Positions 30,030 to 40,240 of a stretch of DNA of 64,000 nucleotides are shown piece after piece. The notes under the pieces were generated by a model, which was not told the origin of the DNA, did no database searches, and saw only the letters and a list, made by a program, of their open reading frames with translations. Numbering within the stretch: the stretch's first letter is position 1; the number at the start of each line of letters is the position of its first letter. The position numbers and the translations under genes are program-made. The stretch lies in assembly GCA_965205865.1 (NCBI GenBank), contig CBDBHR010000029.1, positions 512,001-576,000 on the forward strand, given 5' to 3'. Origin of the DNA: a bacterium (GTDB taxonomy: Bacteria; SAR324; NAC60-12).

Positions 30030-30302
30030 CGTTTTTCTCCTTCAGTCAGTGTGAGAATCCGGTGTTGCCCGAATGGTGAATTGCTCATATCCCCTTTTGA
30101 TTTATAACAAGCCCGAACATGAATGAAAATAATTTTCTCCCTGTTCTCGAATCAACCCACTTTTCATTGGTTTTTTCTGATGCTCGAATCAGACGAGAGA
30201 CAGCGTTCAGGTTTTGCTCTCAGGGGATCATTGTAATAATATTCGAGATTGGAAGACTCTATCAAAAAGAAATAACTTTGAACCTATCTCGAAGGAGCAG
30301 TC

Positions 30303-31422
30303 ATGTGGAAAGTGTGGATTCTGATAGCATTGATTTGGCCGCTGGCGGTGTTTGGACAAGCAGACAGTAGCTTCAGTAATTTATGGAAACAAGAAGGGTG
30401 GACCAACACGAACTTCGATAAAAAAACGGTACCTTTTGGAGAGATCATTTCCGGAGGTCCGCCTCGGGATGGTATTCCCCCGATTTATGAACCCAGCTTT
30501 CAGACGGTAAAAGAAACTCTCGGAATGGCTTCCTGATTCAGAACCCGTGATCGTACATCAACAGGGAGAGGAAGTGCGGGCATATCCGTATCGCATTCTG
30601 ATCTGGCACGAAATCGTCAACGACGAAATCGACGATAAATCATTCATTGTGACCTTCTGCCCACTTTGCAACAGCGCCATCATTTTCAACACCCATTTCC
30701 AGGGGGAAAATCATAAATTCGGTGTCAGCGGCAAATTACGTAACAGCGATATGGTGATGTGGGACCACACGACTGAATCCTGGTGGCAGCAATTGACCGG
30801 AGAGGCAATAGTCGGCGACGCGGTTGGAACTTTCTTGGAGATGTTGCCTTCCCCGGCCATTTCTTTCGGGGAGTACAAAAACATATTTCCCAATGGAAAA
30901 GTACTCTCCCAAAATACCGCGCACCACCGACCATACGGACAAAACCCTTATGTCGGCTACGATAGTTCCAGGACACCTTTTTTGATGCGGAATCCCATTG
31001 ATTCCAGACTCCCCCCCCTGTCCCGAGTGATTGGAATTGAACGGAATGGTTCCTTTTATACCCTCCCTTTGGGTTCGGTTGCCGAGCAAAAATGGGCGAG
31101 GATTCAAGGGGAGGATGGGACGGAAATGCTGATATTGAATCTCTCCTCGGCCAACTCCGCCTTGGATGACCGCAGCATCGCCGGTTCAGCGCTCGTGGAT
31201 CAGGTAACAATCTGGGAAAATCCGGATCATTTGGAATTTAACTGGGATGGCTTCCAGTTGCGGGATACCTCCGAGAACAGGAATTGGAATTCCCTGGGAC
31301 AAGGATTTGAAGGGGAGCAATTGCAATCCCAGCTCACTCCCGTCAAATATGGTGTCCATTTTGCTTTTGCCTGGCTTGCTTTTCATCCCGATTCCATTTT
31401 TGTTGAAGTATCGGAATGGTGA
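30303..31422 (+). pseudogene. DUF3179-domain secreted protein, split by a 1-nt frameshift near 30521
   Basis: Signal peptide and GGPPRDGIPPI; TFCPLCNS and FGVSGKL lie in the next frame. Removing one G gives ETLEWLPDSEPV. Confidence 0.8.
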
Positions 31423-31564
31423 CCCACCGTTCTCATCGCCTTCATGAGAAAGGTTTTTGCCGGTTACGGGGTATTGTCTTGACCTTCCATACGATCTGAT
31501 AGAACATTTAAATTTCTTATCTGCATCATATCCTGGCATTTCAACTCCAGAACCCTCCTCTATT

Positions 31565-31784
31565 TAACCTGAGTTCGAGATAAAAATTTAATAAATTCAA
31601 TATGTTATGGAATCTTCATATCTTAGAGAAACCTTGTCATTCCTGCGAAAGTGGGAATCTGGAGATATGCAGCCAGACTGAAATCCGGATCCCCGCTCCC
31701 CGCTTTCGCAGGGACAAGTTTCGCGAGGATGACATATACGATAGGATACTCATATTATTGAAGATTTATTTCGAACTCAGGTTA
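31565..31784. mobile_element. MITE with TA ends and AACCTGAGTTCGA terminal inverted repeats, carrying a REP-like palindrome
   Basis: TAACCTGAGTTCGAGATAAA ... TTTATTTCGAACTCAGGTTA; internal GTCATTCCTGCGAAAGTGGGAATC ... GATCCCCGC...GCGAGGATGAC. Confidence 0.85.
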
Positions 31785-31817
31785 TATACAAATATCCTTG
31801 TCCCAATTTAGAAAGCC

Positions 31818-33044
31818 ATGAAGTGTCTTAACTGTAAGATGAAAAATGAGGATGTCGCCGTCTATTGTCAGCGATGCGGCGCGTATCTTCCTCTGGAAAA
31901 AACAACTGAATATATGGACACTTTGAAGGCTCTACTTCTGGGACTGACTGTCACCGGTGGTTTCTATATCCTTTATTTGCCTGTCACTGACTACTATCAG
32001 ATCAAGGAATTGTTTTCAGGAAGTATTTCGGAAATCATTACTGCTTTGACTGCCTGGTCGTTGTTTATGATAGTATTGAAATATTTCCGCTACCGTGAAC
32101 AAAGTCAGGCTTTTCAGCAGTTTCGCAATCAAGGGATGAATACGATTCTGGCCCAGGGGATTTATGTACGTACCGCGGATAAATGCCTACGCGAGATCAG
32201 CGAATTTCTGCAAGAACGAAAAATTAAAAAATACCAGAACAGCCTGATTTTTCGCCGCATTCGTCGAATTTTCCACCACATCAAAGCCATTCCCAAAAAG
32301 GAAGAAATCAATAAGATCTTTGACTACCAAGCCCAAATAGATTTCAGTCGCACCGAAAACAGTTATTCGATGCTCAATGTCTTCATTTGGGCCATTCCGA
32401 TACTTGGATTCATAGGCACGGTATTTGGTATTGGAGAAGCGATCGGCGAATTTTCCGGCTTCATTCGCTCCGTGAATTCAGTGGAACTAGGCACTCAGAT
32501 GCGCTCTGCTCTGGGTGGGGTGACCGGCGGACTGTCCATTGCGTTCAACACGACCTTTCTGGCATTGATGTGCGTGATTCCCATCATGTTCTTCAGTTCA
32601 TTTCTGCGAAAAGCCGAGGAAGATTTATTGCTCATGATGGAAGAATACTGCCTGGAGGAAGTTTTACCGCATCTGCACATCATCCCCGGTTCTGAAGTGG
32701 AACGGGAAGCGTTTGACGAGCATATGCAAAAAATCATGCAACTCTCCGGTAACTGGATAGCACGGCTCGAACCTTTGATTGATTCGGTAACCGAGTACGC
32801 CGGCAGTCTGAAACATCAGATTGAAGGCTTACAGCCCATGGTCAGGGAATTCAGTGAAACTTTTTTTTCGATAAAAGATGGCATGGTCGAATCCTCGGAG
32901 TCTTCTCTGAACTCAAACGAAAAGAACACCGCTGAGTTGGCGCTGCCTGGTGTCACTGAATCTTCAGAAACTCCCAAGGCTTCAGTCGAACAAGAGGCGC
33001 GTGATCCCTCCTCTGAAACGAATTTGGATCGTGAAGGAACTTGA
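31818..33044 (+). CDS. MotA/TolQ/ExbB proton-channel family protein with N-terminal zinc ribbon
   Basis: CxxC...CxxC at the N-terminus; AIPILGFIGTVFGI and GLSIAFNTT channel motifs. Confidence 0.85.
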   Translation: MKCLNCKMKNEDVAVYCQRCGAYLPLEKTTEYMDTLKALLLGLTVTGGFYILYLPVTDYYQIKELFSGSISEIITALTAWSLFMIVLKYFRYREQSQAFQQFRNQGMNTILAQGIYVRTADKCLREISEFLQERKIKKYQNSLIFRRIRRIFHHIKAIPKKEEINKIFDYQAQIDFSRTENSYSMLNVFIWAIPILGFIGTVFGIGEAIGEFSGFIRSVNSVELGTQMRSALGGVTGGLSIAFNTTFLALMCVIPIMFFSSFLRKAEEDLLLMMEEYCLEEVLPHLHIIPGSEVEREAFDEHMQKIMQLSGNWIARLEPLIDSVTEYAGSLKHQIEGLQPMVREFSETFFSIKDGMVESSESSLNSNEKNTAELALPGVTESSETPKASVEQEARDPSSETNLDREGT

Positions 33045-33556
33045 TGAGACGAAGAAGGGCCCTCCCGCTCACATCTTTATTTCCATTCATGAGCGTCTTA
33101 TTGTGCATCATGGGAGTGTTGGCTTTCATTGCAGTCAGTTTGTTATTGTTGAATCAATCCAATCTTCCCGAGATCGAGACGCAATTCGTAGAATTCCAAT
33201 GGGTGGGCGCGCCTGCTTATGTGAAGCCCGTGTTTATTCGTTGTTTTCAGGAAGAGATCGTTTATTTTGACTTGTTCCAGGGAAAAGATCTTCGCCTTTC
33301 TTTTGAGGCGTTAGTAGCGGAAATTCAGCTAAGAAATGGCCCCTTGACCCGTTATTTGAGGCGCGTGGTGAAAGAAAATCAAGACATCAAACGGGCATTC
33401 GGTTCCACCGAGCATTATCCCTTGCTGCTGATTTATCCCGATGGCGTGATCTCCGCGGAAATCCTCATGTTGCTCATTGAACAAATTGAAGGACTCAATG
33501 CAGGTTTAGAACCCATGATGCCTCAGTGGAGGATGCCCTATCAGTCTGAAGGGTAG
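33044..33556 (+). CDS. hypothetical single-TM protein, ExbD/TolR-like N-terminus
   Basis: MRRRR..SLFPFMSVLLCIMGVL; overlaps the motA-like stop. Confidence 0.7.
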   Translation: MRRRRALPLTSLFPFMSVLLCIMGVLAFIAVSLLLLNQSNLPEIETQFVEFQWVGAPAYVKPVFIRCFQEEIVYFDLFQGKDLRLSFEALVAEIQLRNGPLTRYLRRVVKENQDIKRAFGSTEHYPLLLIYPDGVISAEILMLLIEQIEGLNAGLEPMMPQWRMPYQSEG

Positions 33557-33559
33557 ACC

Positions 33560-34195
33560 ATGCGCAAACGAAGATTTGGCATTTCACCCTTGGGATTGGA
33601 TTCGTTGGTGGACATTGTTTCCAATAGCGTGGGCATTCTGGTTATCCTGACAGTTTTTATGGCCCTGATGTCCTTGTCGGATCCCGATGATCCCATACCA
33701 CAAAAGAAAGAAGAGGATTTGCTGCTCAACAAAAAAATCATTGTTCCCTGGACCCATTTTTCTCAAAAATCGAGTCTCTTGTTTTTAATTCGGGACAACC
33801 ATTTGCTATACTTCGACCGTTCCCTGGTTTATCAAAAATTGAAAACCAGTCTTCAATACACGGACGATCCTGGCAAAGAATTCTCCTTTCCGGAGTTTGA
33901 TGTAGAATTACTCATCTACACCCATTTCTGGCACTGTCTGGATTTTCAACCGCAACCTCGAGCAGGGGAGTGGTGGCACCAGGCGGAAACGCTGGATGCA
34001 TTGATCAGTCAGTATTCTCCCAGCGAGTTTTACTTTTTCTTCTGGGTGGATGCGAATGATTTTGAGATGTTCCGGGAAGTGCGGGATTATTTGAGAGAAC
34101 ATGATTTTGAAACAGGCTGGAAACCTGTTCTGAAGCAATCCGATTTGCGCTACTGTAGTGGGGCTTCTCGTTTTCTCAGTTTTCAGCCGCAATAA
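33560..34195 (+). CDS. hypothetical single-TM protein, ExbD/TolR-like N-terminus
   Basis: MRKRR..LDSLVDIVSNSVGILVIL, with an Asp in the TM segment. Confidence 0.7.
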   Translation: MRKRRFGISPLGLDSLVDIVSNSVGILVILTVFMALMSLSDPDDPIPQKKEEDLLLNKKIIVPWTHFSQKSSLLFLIRDNHLLYFDRSLVYQKLKTSLQYTDDPGKEFSFPEFDVELLIYTHFWHCLDFQPQPRAGEWWHQAETLDALISQYSPSEFYFFFWVDANDFEMFREVRDYLREHDFETGWKPVLKQSDLRYCSGASRFLSFQPQ

Positions 34196-34216
34196 CTTCA
34201 GCAAAGATTTGTTCAA

Positions 34217-34966
34217 ATGCCACTTGATCTTTCAGCGCTTTCCTCCCGGTGGAATGAGCGTCTGGTCCATAATGCCTATCCTGGCAGAGGTATCGTTCTT
34301 GGCAAAAATTCACGGGACCAATGGGTGCAGGCGTATTGGATCATGGGGCGCAGCGCAAACAGCCGTAACCGGGTTTTTACGGAAAAAAATCAAATATTGC
34401 AAACCCAGGCGGCAGATCCTTCTCAGGTCGAGCACCCTTCCTTGATCCTCTACAATGCGATGAAAGAGATCGACCGGTGCTTCATCGTGACCAACGGCAT
34501 GCAGACGGACCTGCTTTGCGAGTGGATGTCGCGGGGAAAATCATTTGAAACCATATTGCTCACACAGGCCCATGAACCCGATGCTCCCAATTTCACCCCT
34601 CGCATTTCCGCATGCATCGATTTGAGACAGCCCCGGGAAAAGTTGGTGATATCCATCATCAAAGCCAATCCCTTCGACAGCAACCATTCCGAACATTATT
34701 TTTTTTATTACCAAACTGTCAGGGCGGGATACGGTTACGCCATTACAACCTACCAGCAAGACGGCAATCCACTTCCCGCCTTCGAAGGAAGCCCGTTTTT
34801 GGTAACGCTGAAGGGAGACGCGGAACAGATTGCCGATACCTTCTGGCAAGCCCTCAATCCGGACAATCGAGTTTCCTTGGCCGTCAAAACGATAGATCCC
34901 GGTGAGAAAAAATCTGCGATATGGATTATCAATAAGTACCATTTTAAGATCTTAGGAGCTTTATGA
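34217..34966 (+). CDS. IMP cyclohydrolase-like protein (PurO-type Ntn fold)
   Basis: YPGRGIVLG, YWIMGRSANSRNR, IVTNGMQTD, EPDAPNFTPRIS. Confidence 0.85.
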   Translation: MPLDLSALSSRWNERLVHNAYPGRGIVLGKNSRDQWVQAYWIMGRSANSRNRVFTEKNQILQTQAADPSQVEHPSLILYNAMKEIDRCFIVTNGMQTDLLCEWMSRGKSFETILLTQAHEPDAPNFTPRISACIDLRQPREKLVISIIKANPFDSNHSEHYFFYYQTVRAGYGYAITTYQQDGNPLPAFEGSPFLVTLKGDAEQIADTFWQALNPDNRVSLAVKTIDPGEKKSAIWIINKYHFKILGAL

Positions 34967-35919
34967 GCTTGCGCACCGGATTTTATTTTGACCCGATTTC
35001 ATTGCAGCATGATACCGGACGCCATCCGGAGAATGCAGGACGTCTGCAATTCCTGATGGAAGCTTTGGAAGCCAAAGGGACGTTGAAAGCGCTGCAAAAA
35101 ATGCCGTCCCATAAGGCGGAACTTCGAGAAATCGAAAGGATACATGAATTAGATTACATACGGTCCGTAGAAGCGGCATGCGCAGCAGGATCAAGACATT
35201 TGGGAACAAAAGACTGCGTGCTTTCCAAGCAAACCTTTGAAGCGGCCTGTTTTGCCACGGGGATGGTTTTGGAAGCGGTCGATCAAGTGGCGGATGAAAA
35301 ATTGGAGAACGCCTTCTGCGCAATCCGTCCCCCTGGGCATCATGCGGAAAACTCTCAAGCTATGGGTTTTTGCTTTTTCAACAATGTGGCCATTGCCGCT
35401 GAGTTTTTAATCCGGGAACGAGGATACCAACGCGTGCTCATTTTTGACTTCGACGTGCATCACGGCAATGGCACGCAGCATTCTTTTGAAGCGCGTCATG
35501 ACGTATTTTTTTGTAGCATTCATCAAGACCCGCGTACCTGCTATCCGGGTACCGGTTATGCGTCCGAGAAAGGTTTGAGTGAAGGAATCGGTTATACGCT
35601 CAATTGCCCTATGCCTCCATTTTCCGACAATAAAGCGTACCGTCGTATATTTGTCCAAAAAATTCTGCCTGTTTTTCAAGAATATCGCCCGGACTTCATC
35701 ATTCTTTCCGCAGGATTCGATGCCCATCGTGATGACCCACTGGCTCAACAAATGCTTACGGTCGAGGGATTCAATGATATGCTGAAAGGGATGAAGGAAT
35801 TGGCCCATCAATATGCAGGAGGGAGGATGGTGAGCGTATTGGAAGGAGGCTACCATTATCAAGCGCTTGCCGATTGTATTCAATCTCATCTTGAAATTTT
35901 ACTCGAGAATCCTTTTTGA
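34963..35919 (+). CDS. histone deacetylase family protein
   Basis: HPENAGRL, RPPGHHA, DFDVHHGNGTQ, SAGFDAH, LEGGY. Confidence 0.95.
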   Translation: MSLRTGFYFDPISLQHDTGRHPENAGRLQFLMEALEAKGTLKALQKMPSHKAELREIERIHELDYIRSVEAACAAGSRHLGTKDCVLSKQTFEAACFATGMVLEAVDQVADEKLENAFCAIRPPGHHAENSQAMGFCFFNNVAIAAEFLIRERGYQRVLIFDFDVHHGNGTQHSFEARHDVFFCSIHQDPRTCYPGTGYASEKGLSEGIGYTLNCPMPPFSDNKAYRRIFVQKILPVFQEYRPDFIILSAGFDAHRDDPLAQQMLTVEGFNDMLKGMKELAHQYAGGRMVSVLEGGYHYQALADCIQSHLEILLENPF

Positions 35920-35928
35920 GAGGGGAGT

Positions 35929-36936
35929 ATGGCTTCCATGAGTTCTGAAAACATTGAAGAAATCAGCGAACAGGTTAAAGCAAGCAGTGCCTTTTTAAAG
36001 ATTTTATACGAGGAAATCGGCAAAGTGATTGTGGGGCAAAAGGAGATGCTCGACAGTTTACTGATTGCCCTCATCGCCAATGGGCATGTGCTCATGGAAG
36101 GCTTACCGGGGCTGGCGAAAACCACTGCCATCAAAGCGCTGGCAGATGCCATTGACGTGAGCTTCAGCCGTATCCAATTCACACCGGACCTCTTGCCTGC
36201 CGATGTAATCGGGACTCAAATTTATGAGCCCAGAAAAAAAGATTTTCGTATCAAACAAGGGCCCATTTTTGCCAATTTCGTTTTGGCTGATGAAATCAAT
36301 CGGGCACCCGCAAAAGTACAGTCGGCCATGCTGGAAAGCATGCAGGAGCAACAAGTGACCATCGGGGGTGAGACCTTCTCTCTGGACAAGCCTTTTATGG
36401 TGTTGGCCACCCAGAATCCAATTGAACAGGAAGGCACGTACCCACTGCCGGAAGCGCAAGTGGACCGGTTTATGTTGAAAGTCAAAGTAGATTACCCCAG
36501 TCCGGCGAACGAATTGGAAATTATCAAAAGACTGAAGGGGATGGATACGGTCCCTGAAACCGTGCAGCCGATTGTGGCAGCCAAAGACATTCTTTCAGCG
36601 CGTCAAGCGGCAGCCGCCATTCACATTGAAGAAACACTCATGCAATACATTGTCAACATCGTCTATGCCACTCGCAAACCAACAGTGTTTGAACTGGACG
36701 AGTTGGCACCGTTGATTGCCTATGGGGCCTCTCCCCGAGCCTCCATTGCTTTGCTCCACTGCGCAAAAGCCAATGCTTATTTAAATGAGCGTGGATTTGT
36801 AATTCCCCAGGATATCAAGGACGTGTGCTTCAGTGTGCTGCGACACCGGATCATCCTCAGTTATGAGGCGGAAGCCGAAGACATCACTTCGGAAAAAGTC
36901 ATTCAAACGATTCTGGACAATATCCCCACTCCCTGA
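35929..36936 (+). CDS. MoxR-family AAA+ ATPase
   Basis: GLPGLAKT, RIQFTPDLLPAD, DEINRA, ATQNPIEQEGTYPLPEAQVDRF. Confidence 0.95.
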   Translation: MASMSSENIEEISEQVKASSAFLKILYEEIGKVIVGQKEMLDSLLIALIANGHVLMEGLPGLAKTTAIKALADAIDVSFSRIQFTPDLLPADVIGTQIYEPRKKDFRIKQGPIFANFVLADEINRAPAKVQSAMLESMQEQQVTIGGETFSLDKPFMVLATQNPIEQEGTYPLPEAQVDRFMLKVKVDYPSPANELEIIKRLKGMDTVPETVQPIVAAKDILSARQAAAAIHIEETLMQYIVNIVYATRKPTVFELDELAPLIAYGASPRASIALLHCAKANAYLNERGFVIPQDIKDVCFSVLRHRIILSYEAEAEDITSEKVIQTILDNIPTP

Positions 36937-36943
36937 CTCAAGA

Positions 36944-36981
36944 ATCCCCCTCCCCTGGAGGGAGGGGCCAGGGGAGGGGGC
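36944..36981. repeat. GC-rich REP-like palindrome (CCCCTCCC..GGGAGGGG)
   Basis: TCCCCCTCCCCTGGAGGGAGGGGCCAGGGGAGGGG; a related inverted copy lies at 46970-47003. Confidence 0.55.
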
Positions 36982-37008
36982 GTCGGTGTTGCATTTTAAA
37001 AGGAATCA

Positions 37009-37899
37009 ATGGCAGAGCCGTCCACCCTTTCACCAGAAGTCATCAAGCAAATCCGTCATATCCACCTGCGCACCAACCGTATGGCCGATGAACTTCTGCA
37101 GGGGAGCTACCATAGCGCATTCAAAGGACATGGGATGGAATTCGATCAAGTGCGCGAATATGAAGCCGGGGACGACATCCGCCTGATTGACTGGAACGTG
37201 ACTGCGCGCATGGATGCTCCGTATATCAAGGAATACGTGGAAGAGAGGGAAATAACCGTCATCCTCGTTGTCGATATCAGCGCCAGTGGCGGATTTGGCT
37301 CTTTTCAGAAATTAAAAAAAGAAATTGCAGCTGAATTTGCCGCAGTGATTGCCTATTCGGCTATCAAAAACAAAGACAAGATCGGATTGATTATGTTTTC
37401 CGATCAAGTGGAACTTTATATTCCACCCCGGAAAGGAAGGGAACACGTTTGGAAAGTGATCCGCGAGATTTTGACGTTCCAACCCCGGCATCGTGGCACG
37501 GATATCAATGCGGGTTTGAATTATTTGAACAAAATGATAAAACGCAAAGCCATCACGTTTTTAATCTCTGATTTTCTAGTAGAGGATTTTGAAGAAAGTT
37601 TGCGGTTGAGCAATCAGCGCCATGATCTGATTGCAGTGCCCATCGTTGATCCACGTGAACGGGAATTACCGCCAGTGGGAGTGATTGAAATGATTGATCC
37701 GGAGACAGGACAATACTTGACGGTGGATACATTCAGACCAACAGTTCGCGCCAGTTTCCATGAAAAAAGGGAAGCATATGAGGGTCATTTGCGCGCTGCA
37801 TTTCGCAGAGCAAGGGTGGATGAGCTATGGGTGCAAACGGATCAATCTTATCTCATTCCCCTTATCCGTTTGTTTCAAAAAAGGGGAAAACGGCGCTAA
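37009..37899 (+). CDS. DUF58 (vWA-like) protein
   Basis: GMEFDQVREYEAGDDIRLIDWNVTAR; DISAS MIDAS motif. Confidence 0.92.
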   Translation: MAEPSTLSPEVIKQIRHIHLRTNRMADELLQGSYHSAFKGHGMEFDQVREYEAGDDIRLIDWNVTARMDAPYIKEYVEEREITVILVVDISASGGFGSFQKLKKEIAAEFAAVIAYSAIKNKDKIGLIMFSDQVELYIPPRKGREHVWKVIREILTFQPRHRGTDINAGLNYLNKMIKRKAITFLISDFLVEDFEESLRLSNQRHDLIAVPIVDPRERELPPVGVIEMIDPETGQYLTVDTFRPTVRASFHEKREAYEGHLRAAFRRARVDELWVQTDQSYLIPLIRLFQKRGKRR

Positions 37900-37927
37900 T
37901 GGGAACCTTTTTAAACATTAGGAATTT

Positions 37928-38953
37928 ATGGAAACGCTACTGAAAAAATTATTGAGTGGAGATGATATCGAGTTTGAAGGGGCCCGGGCCATTATCGATT
38001 GGATCATGAGCGATCAAAGCACGGCGGTCAAAGCAGGCGCATTGCTGGTATTGCTGCAAGCCAAGGGTGCCACGACGCAAGAAATTGCGGGAGCTGCAAC
38101 CGCCATGCGAGCCAAATCCATCAAAATCCGCGCGCCTGAAGGCGTAGTTGATACCGCCAGTACAGGAGGGAATGGCATCAGCACGTTCAACATTTCGACC
38201 TGCGCTGCCATTATAGCGGCCGCCGCGGGCGCAGTTGTCGCAAAGCACGGCAATCGCAGCAATACGCGCAAGAGTGGGAGCGCGGAAGCGCTACAGGCTT
38301 TGGGGGTTGATATCGGACTGGAAATTGAGCAAGTGGAAGCGTGCTTGCAGGAAATTGGGATTTGTTTTTGTTATGCGGTCAATCACCATCCGGCCATGAA
38401 ATTCGCGATTCCCGTTCGTATGGAATTGGGCATCCCTACCATTTTCAATACGCTCGGTCCCCTCACCAACCCTGCCGGTTCCAACAATCAAGTGGTCGGA
38501 GTTCCTCGCTTGGAATTGACCGAGCAACTGGCCCAGGTTTTCAAGAGGCTTGGCAGCGATCGCATTATGGTTGTCACCGCAGCCGATGGCCTTTGTGAAC
38601 TGACATCCACTGCCGATACCCATATTGCAGAGCTTCGGAATGGCCAGATTCGCAATTATACGATCACTCCGGAAGAACTGGGATTGAAACGGGGAAATCT
38701 GGATGAAATTCGGATTACTTCTCCTGAAGAAAGCGCCCGGCTCATCAAACATATATTGGCGGGGAAAAATCAGGGAACTGCCAGAGACGTTGCCCTGCTG
38801 AATAGTGCGGCCGCACTGGTCGTGGGAGGTGTGGCGGAGGATCTTCAATCGGGATTGGAGAAGGCGGCAGAAGCCGTTGATCGTGGCAAGGCACTCGAGA
38901 AATTAAAAGCCCTGGTTCATTTTACCAGGCAACCCGATCATTCTTCGGAATAG
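37928..38953 (+). CDS. trpD: anthranilate phosphoribosyltransferase
   Basis: DTASTGG, TFNIST, AKHGNRS, FNTLGPLTNPA. Confidence 0.93.
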   Translation: METLLKKLLSGDDIEFEGARAIIDWIMSDQSTAVKAGALLVLLQAKGATTQEIAGAATAMRAKSIKIRAPEGVVDTASTGGNGISTFNISTCAAIIAAAAGAVVAKHGNRSNTRKSGSAEALQALGVDIGLEIEQVEACLQEIGICFCYAVNHHPAMKFAIPVRMELGIPTIFNTLGPLTNPAGSNNQVVGVPRLELTEQLAQVFKRLGSDRIMVVTAADGLCELTSTADTHIAELRNGQIRNYTITPEELGLKRGNLDEIRITSPEESARLIKHILAGKNQGTARDVALLNSAAALVVGGVAEDLQSGLEKAAEAVDRGKALEKLKALVHFTRQPDHSSE

Positions 38954-38988
38954 AGTGGACTTCCTTTATTTCGGGAGCCTCGATGAGA

Positions 38989-39792
38989 CTAATTTGATTC
39001 CACCATGATAGGACGAAGAACAAACTCGACACGGCGGTTGAGTTGTAGATTTTGTGCCGTATCGTTGTCTGCCAGAGGGCGAAATTGCCCAAATCCTGCT
39101 GCAGAGATCCGGCTGGCCTCCACCCCGAGCTTTTCAACCAGATAGCGAACCACCTGCGTCGAACGAGCCGCGGAAAGTTCCCAGTTGGTGGCGTATTTTC
39201 TTTTCAACATTCCTTGAATAGGGCGGCTGTCGGCATGTCCTTCCACTTGCATTTCATGATTATCAACGCTACCCATCAATTCCGCTATTTTTTTTAGCAT
39301 TTCGATTCCGGAAGGTTTCAAATTTGTTTTTCCCGTGTCGAATAAAATTTGTTCTTCCAGACGAATGACGGTGTTGTTGAGTCTTTGGGTGACTTGTATC
39401 TCTCCTTTATCGATTTCCTCCTGAGCTTGTTGGCTCAACGCTTCTTGAATTTGCTTTCTGCGTTCGAGTTCTTCCTTCAGGGATTTGATTTGTGCTTGCA
39501 GAGTGGTGTTGGTGTTTGTAGCGCCTTCATGTTGCTCCAATTGTTGGTTCAGTGCAGCAATCGCATCGTCTTTGAGGTTGACGGAATTTTTCAAATTCTG
39601 CATAGCCGCTTCTACTTGCTCAAACTGGGTAACAACCTGTTTCAGATCGCTGATTTCCTGGGTTTGCTCAGTGAGCAATTGTTGATTTTGCGTGTTCTCT
39701 CGAGAGATGTTGCGATGCCAGTAAAAGCCGCCAATTGCTACAATAATTAACAGCGCACCCAAAACCCCGATAATGATATTACGTGATTGCAT
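38989..39792 (-). CDS. OmpA/MotB-family protein with N-terminal TM and coiled coil
   Basis: ILFDTGK, VEGHAD, NWELSAARS, NRRVEF. Confidence 0.9.
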   Translation of the reverse strand: MQSRNIIIGVLGALLIIVAIGGFYWHRNISRENTQNQQLLTEQTQEISDLKQVVTQFEQVEAAMQNLKNSVNLKDDAIAALNQQLEQHEGATNTNTTLQAQIKSLKEELERRKQIQEALSQQAQEEIDKGEIQVTQRLNNTVIRLEEQILFDTGKTNLKPSGIEMLKKIAELMGSVDNHEMQVEGHADSRPIQGMLKRKYATNWELSAARSTQVVRYLVEKLGVEASRISAAGFGQFRPLADNDTAQNLQLNRRVEFVLRPIMVESN

Positions 39793-39968
39793 AGGACCTC
39801 GCTGGTTATAAGAGGTGAATGGATTATACCTTCAATACTCAAGGTTAGTTTCTCTTGAAAGATATGTGTAGCGAAAATCATTCCATTCGTCAATCAAAAG
39901 AATTCGATGAACCTGTTGCATTAATATTTGCCCCTTTTCTTTTTGGGAGTCCTGATGATTGCAAGGCA

Positions 39969-40240
39969 TATACTTCAAACGGGTGAATTATTCACATATT
40001 TAAAGGATTGAAAATTCCAAGTCAAGAGAGATTCCAGTTTCTGTTGGCGTCTTGAATTTGCCTCTTCGAGACATTGCTCAATCGCTTGTTTAAACTCTGG
40101 GAAAATTTCGTAATATTTTGAATAGAGACACTGTTTTTTGACAAACTTCCAAAAGCGTTCAATCAAATTGAGATGTGGAGAATAAGCAGGAAGATAAAGC
40201 AGTTCGATTCCCAGCATCTCAGCACAATTTTGCACCAACA
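39969..40240 (-). mobile_element. IS630 right end and transposase C-terminal remnant
   Basis: Near-identical to 5060-5331, including the TIR and TA. Confidence 0.85.

Noticed and set aside
30534-30536. TGA in the DUF3179 gene as selenocysteine
   Set aside because: The downstream conserved sequence is in a different frame, so this is a frameshift rather than recoding.
31818-34195. Zorya (ZorAB) defence system
   Set aside because: The partners lack an OmpA-like domain, there is no long ZorA tail or ZorC/D/E, and the context is housekeeping.
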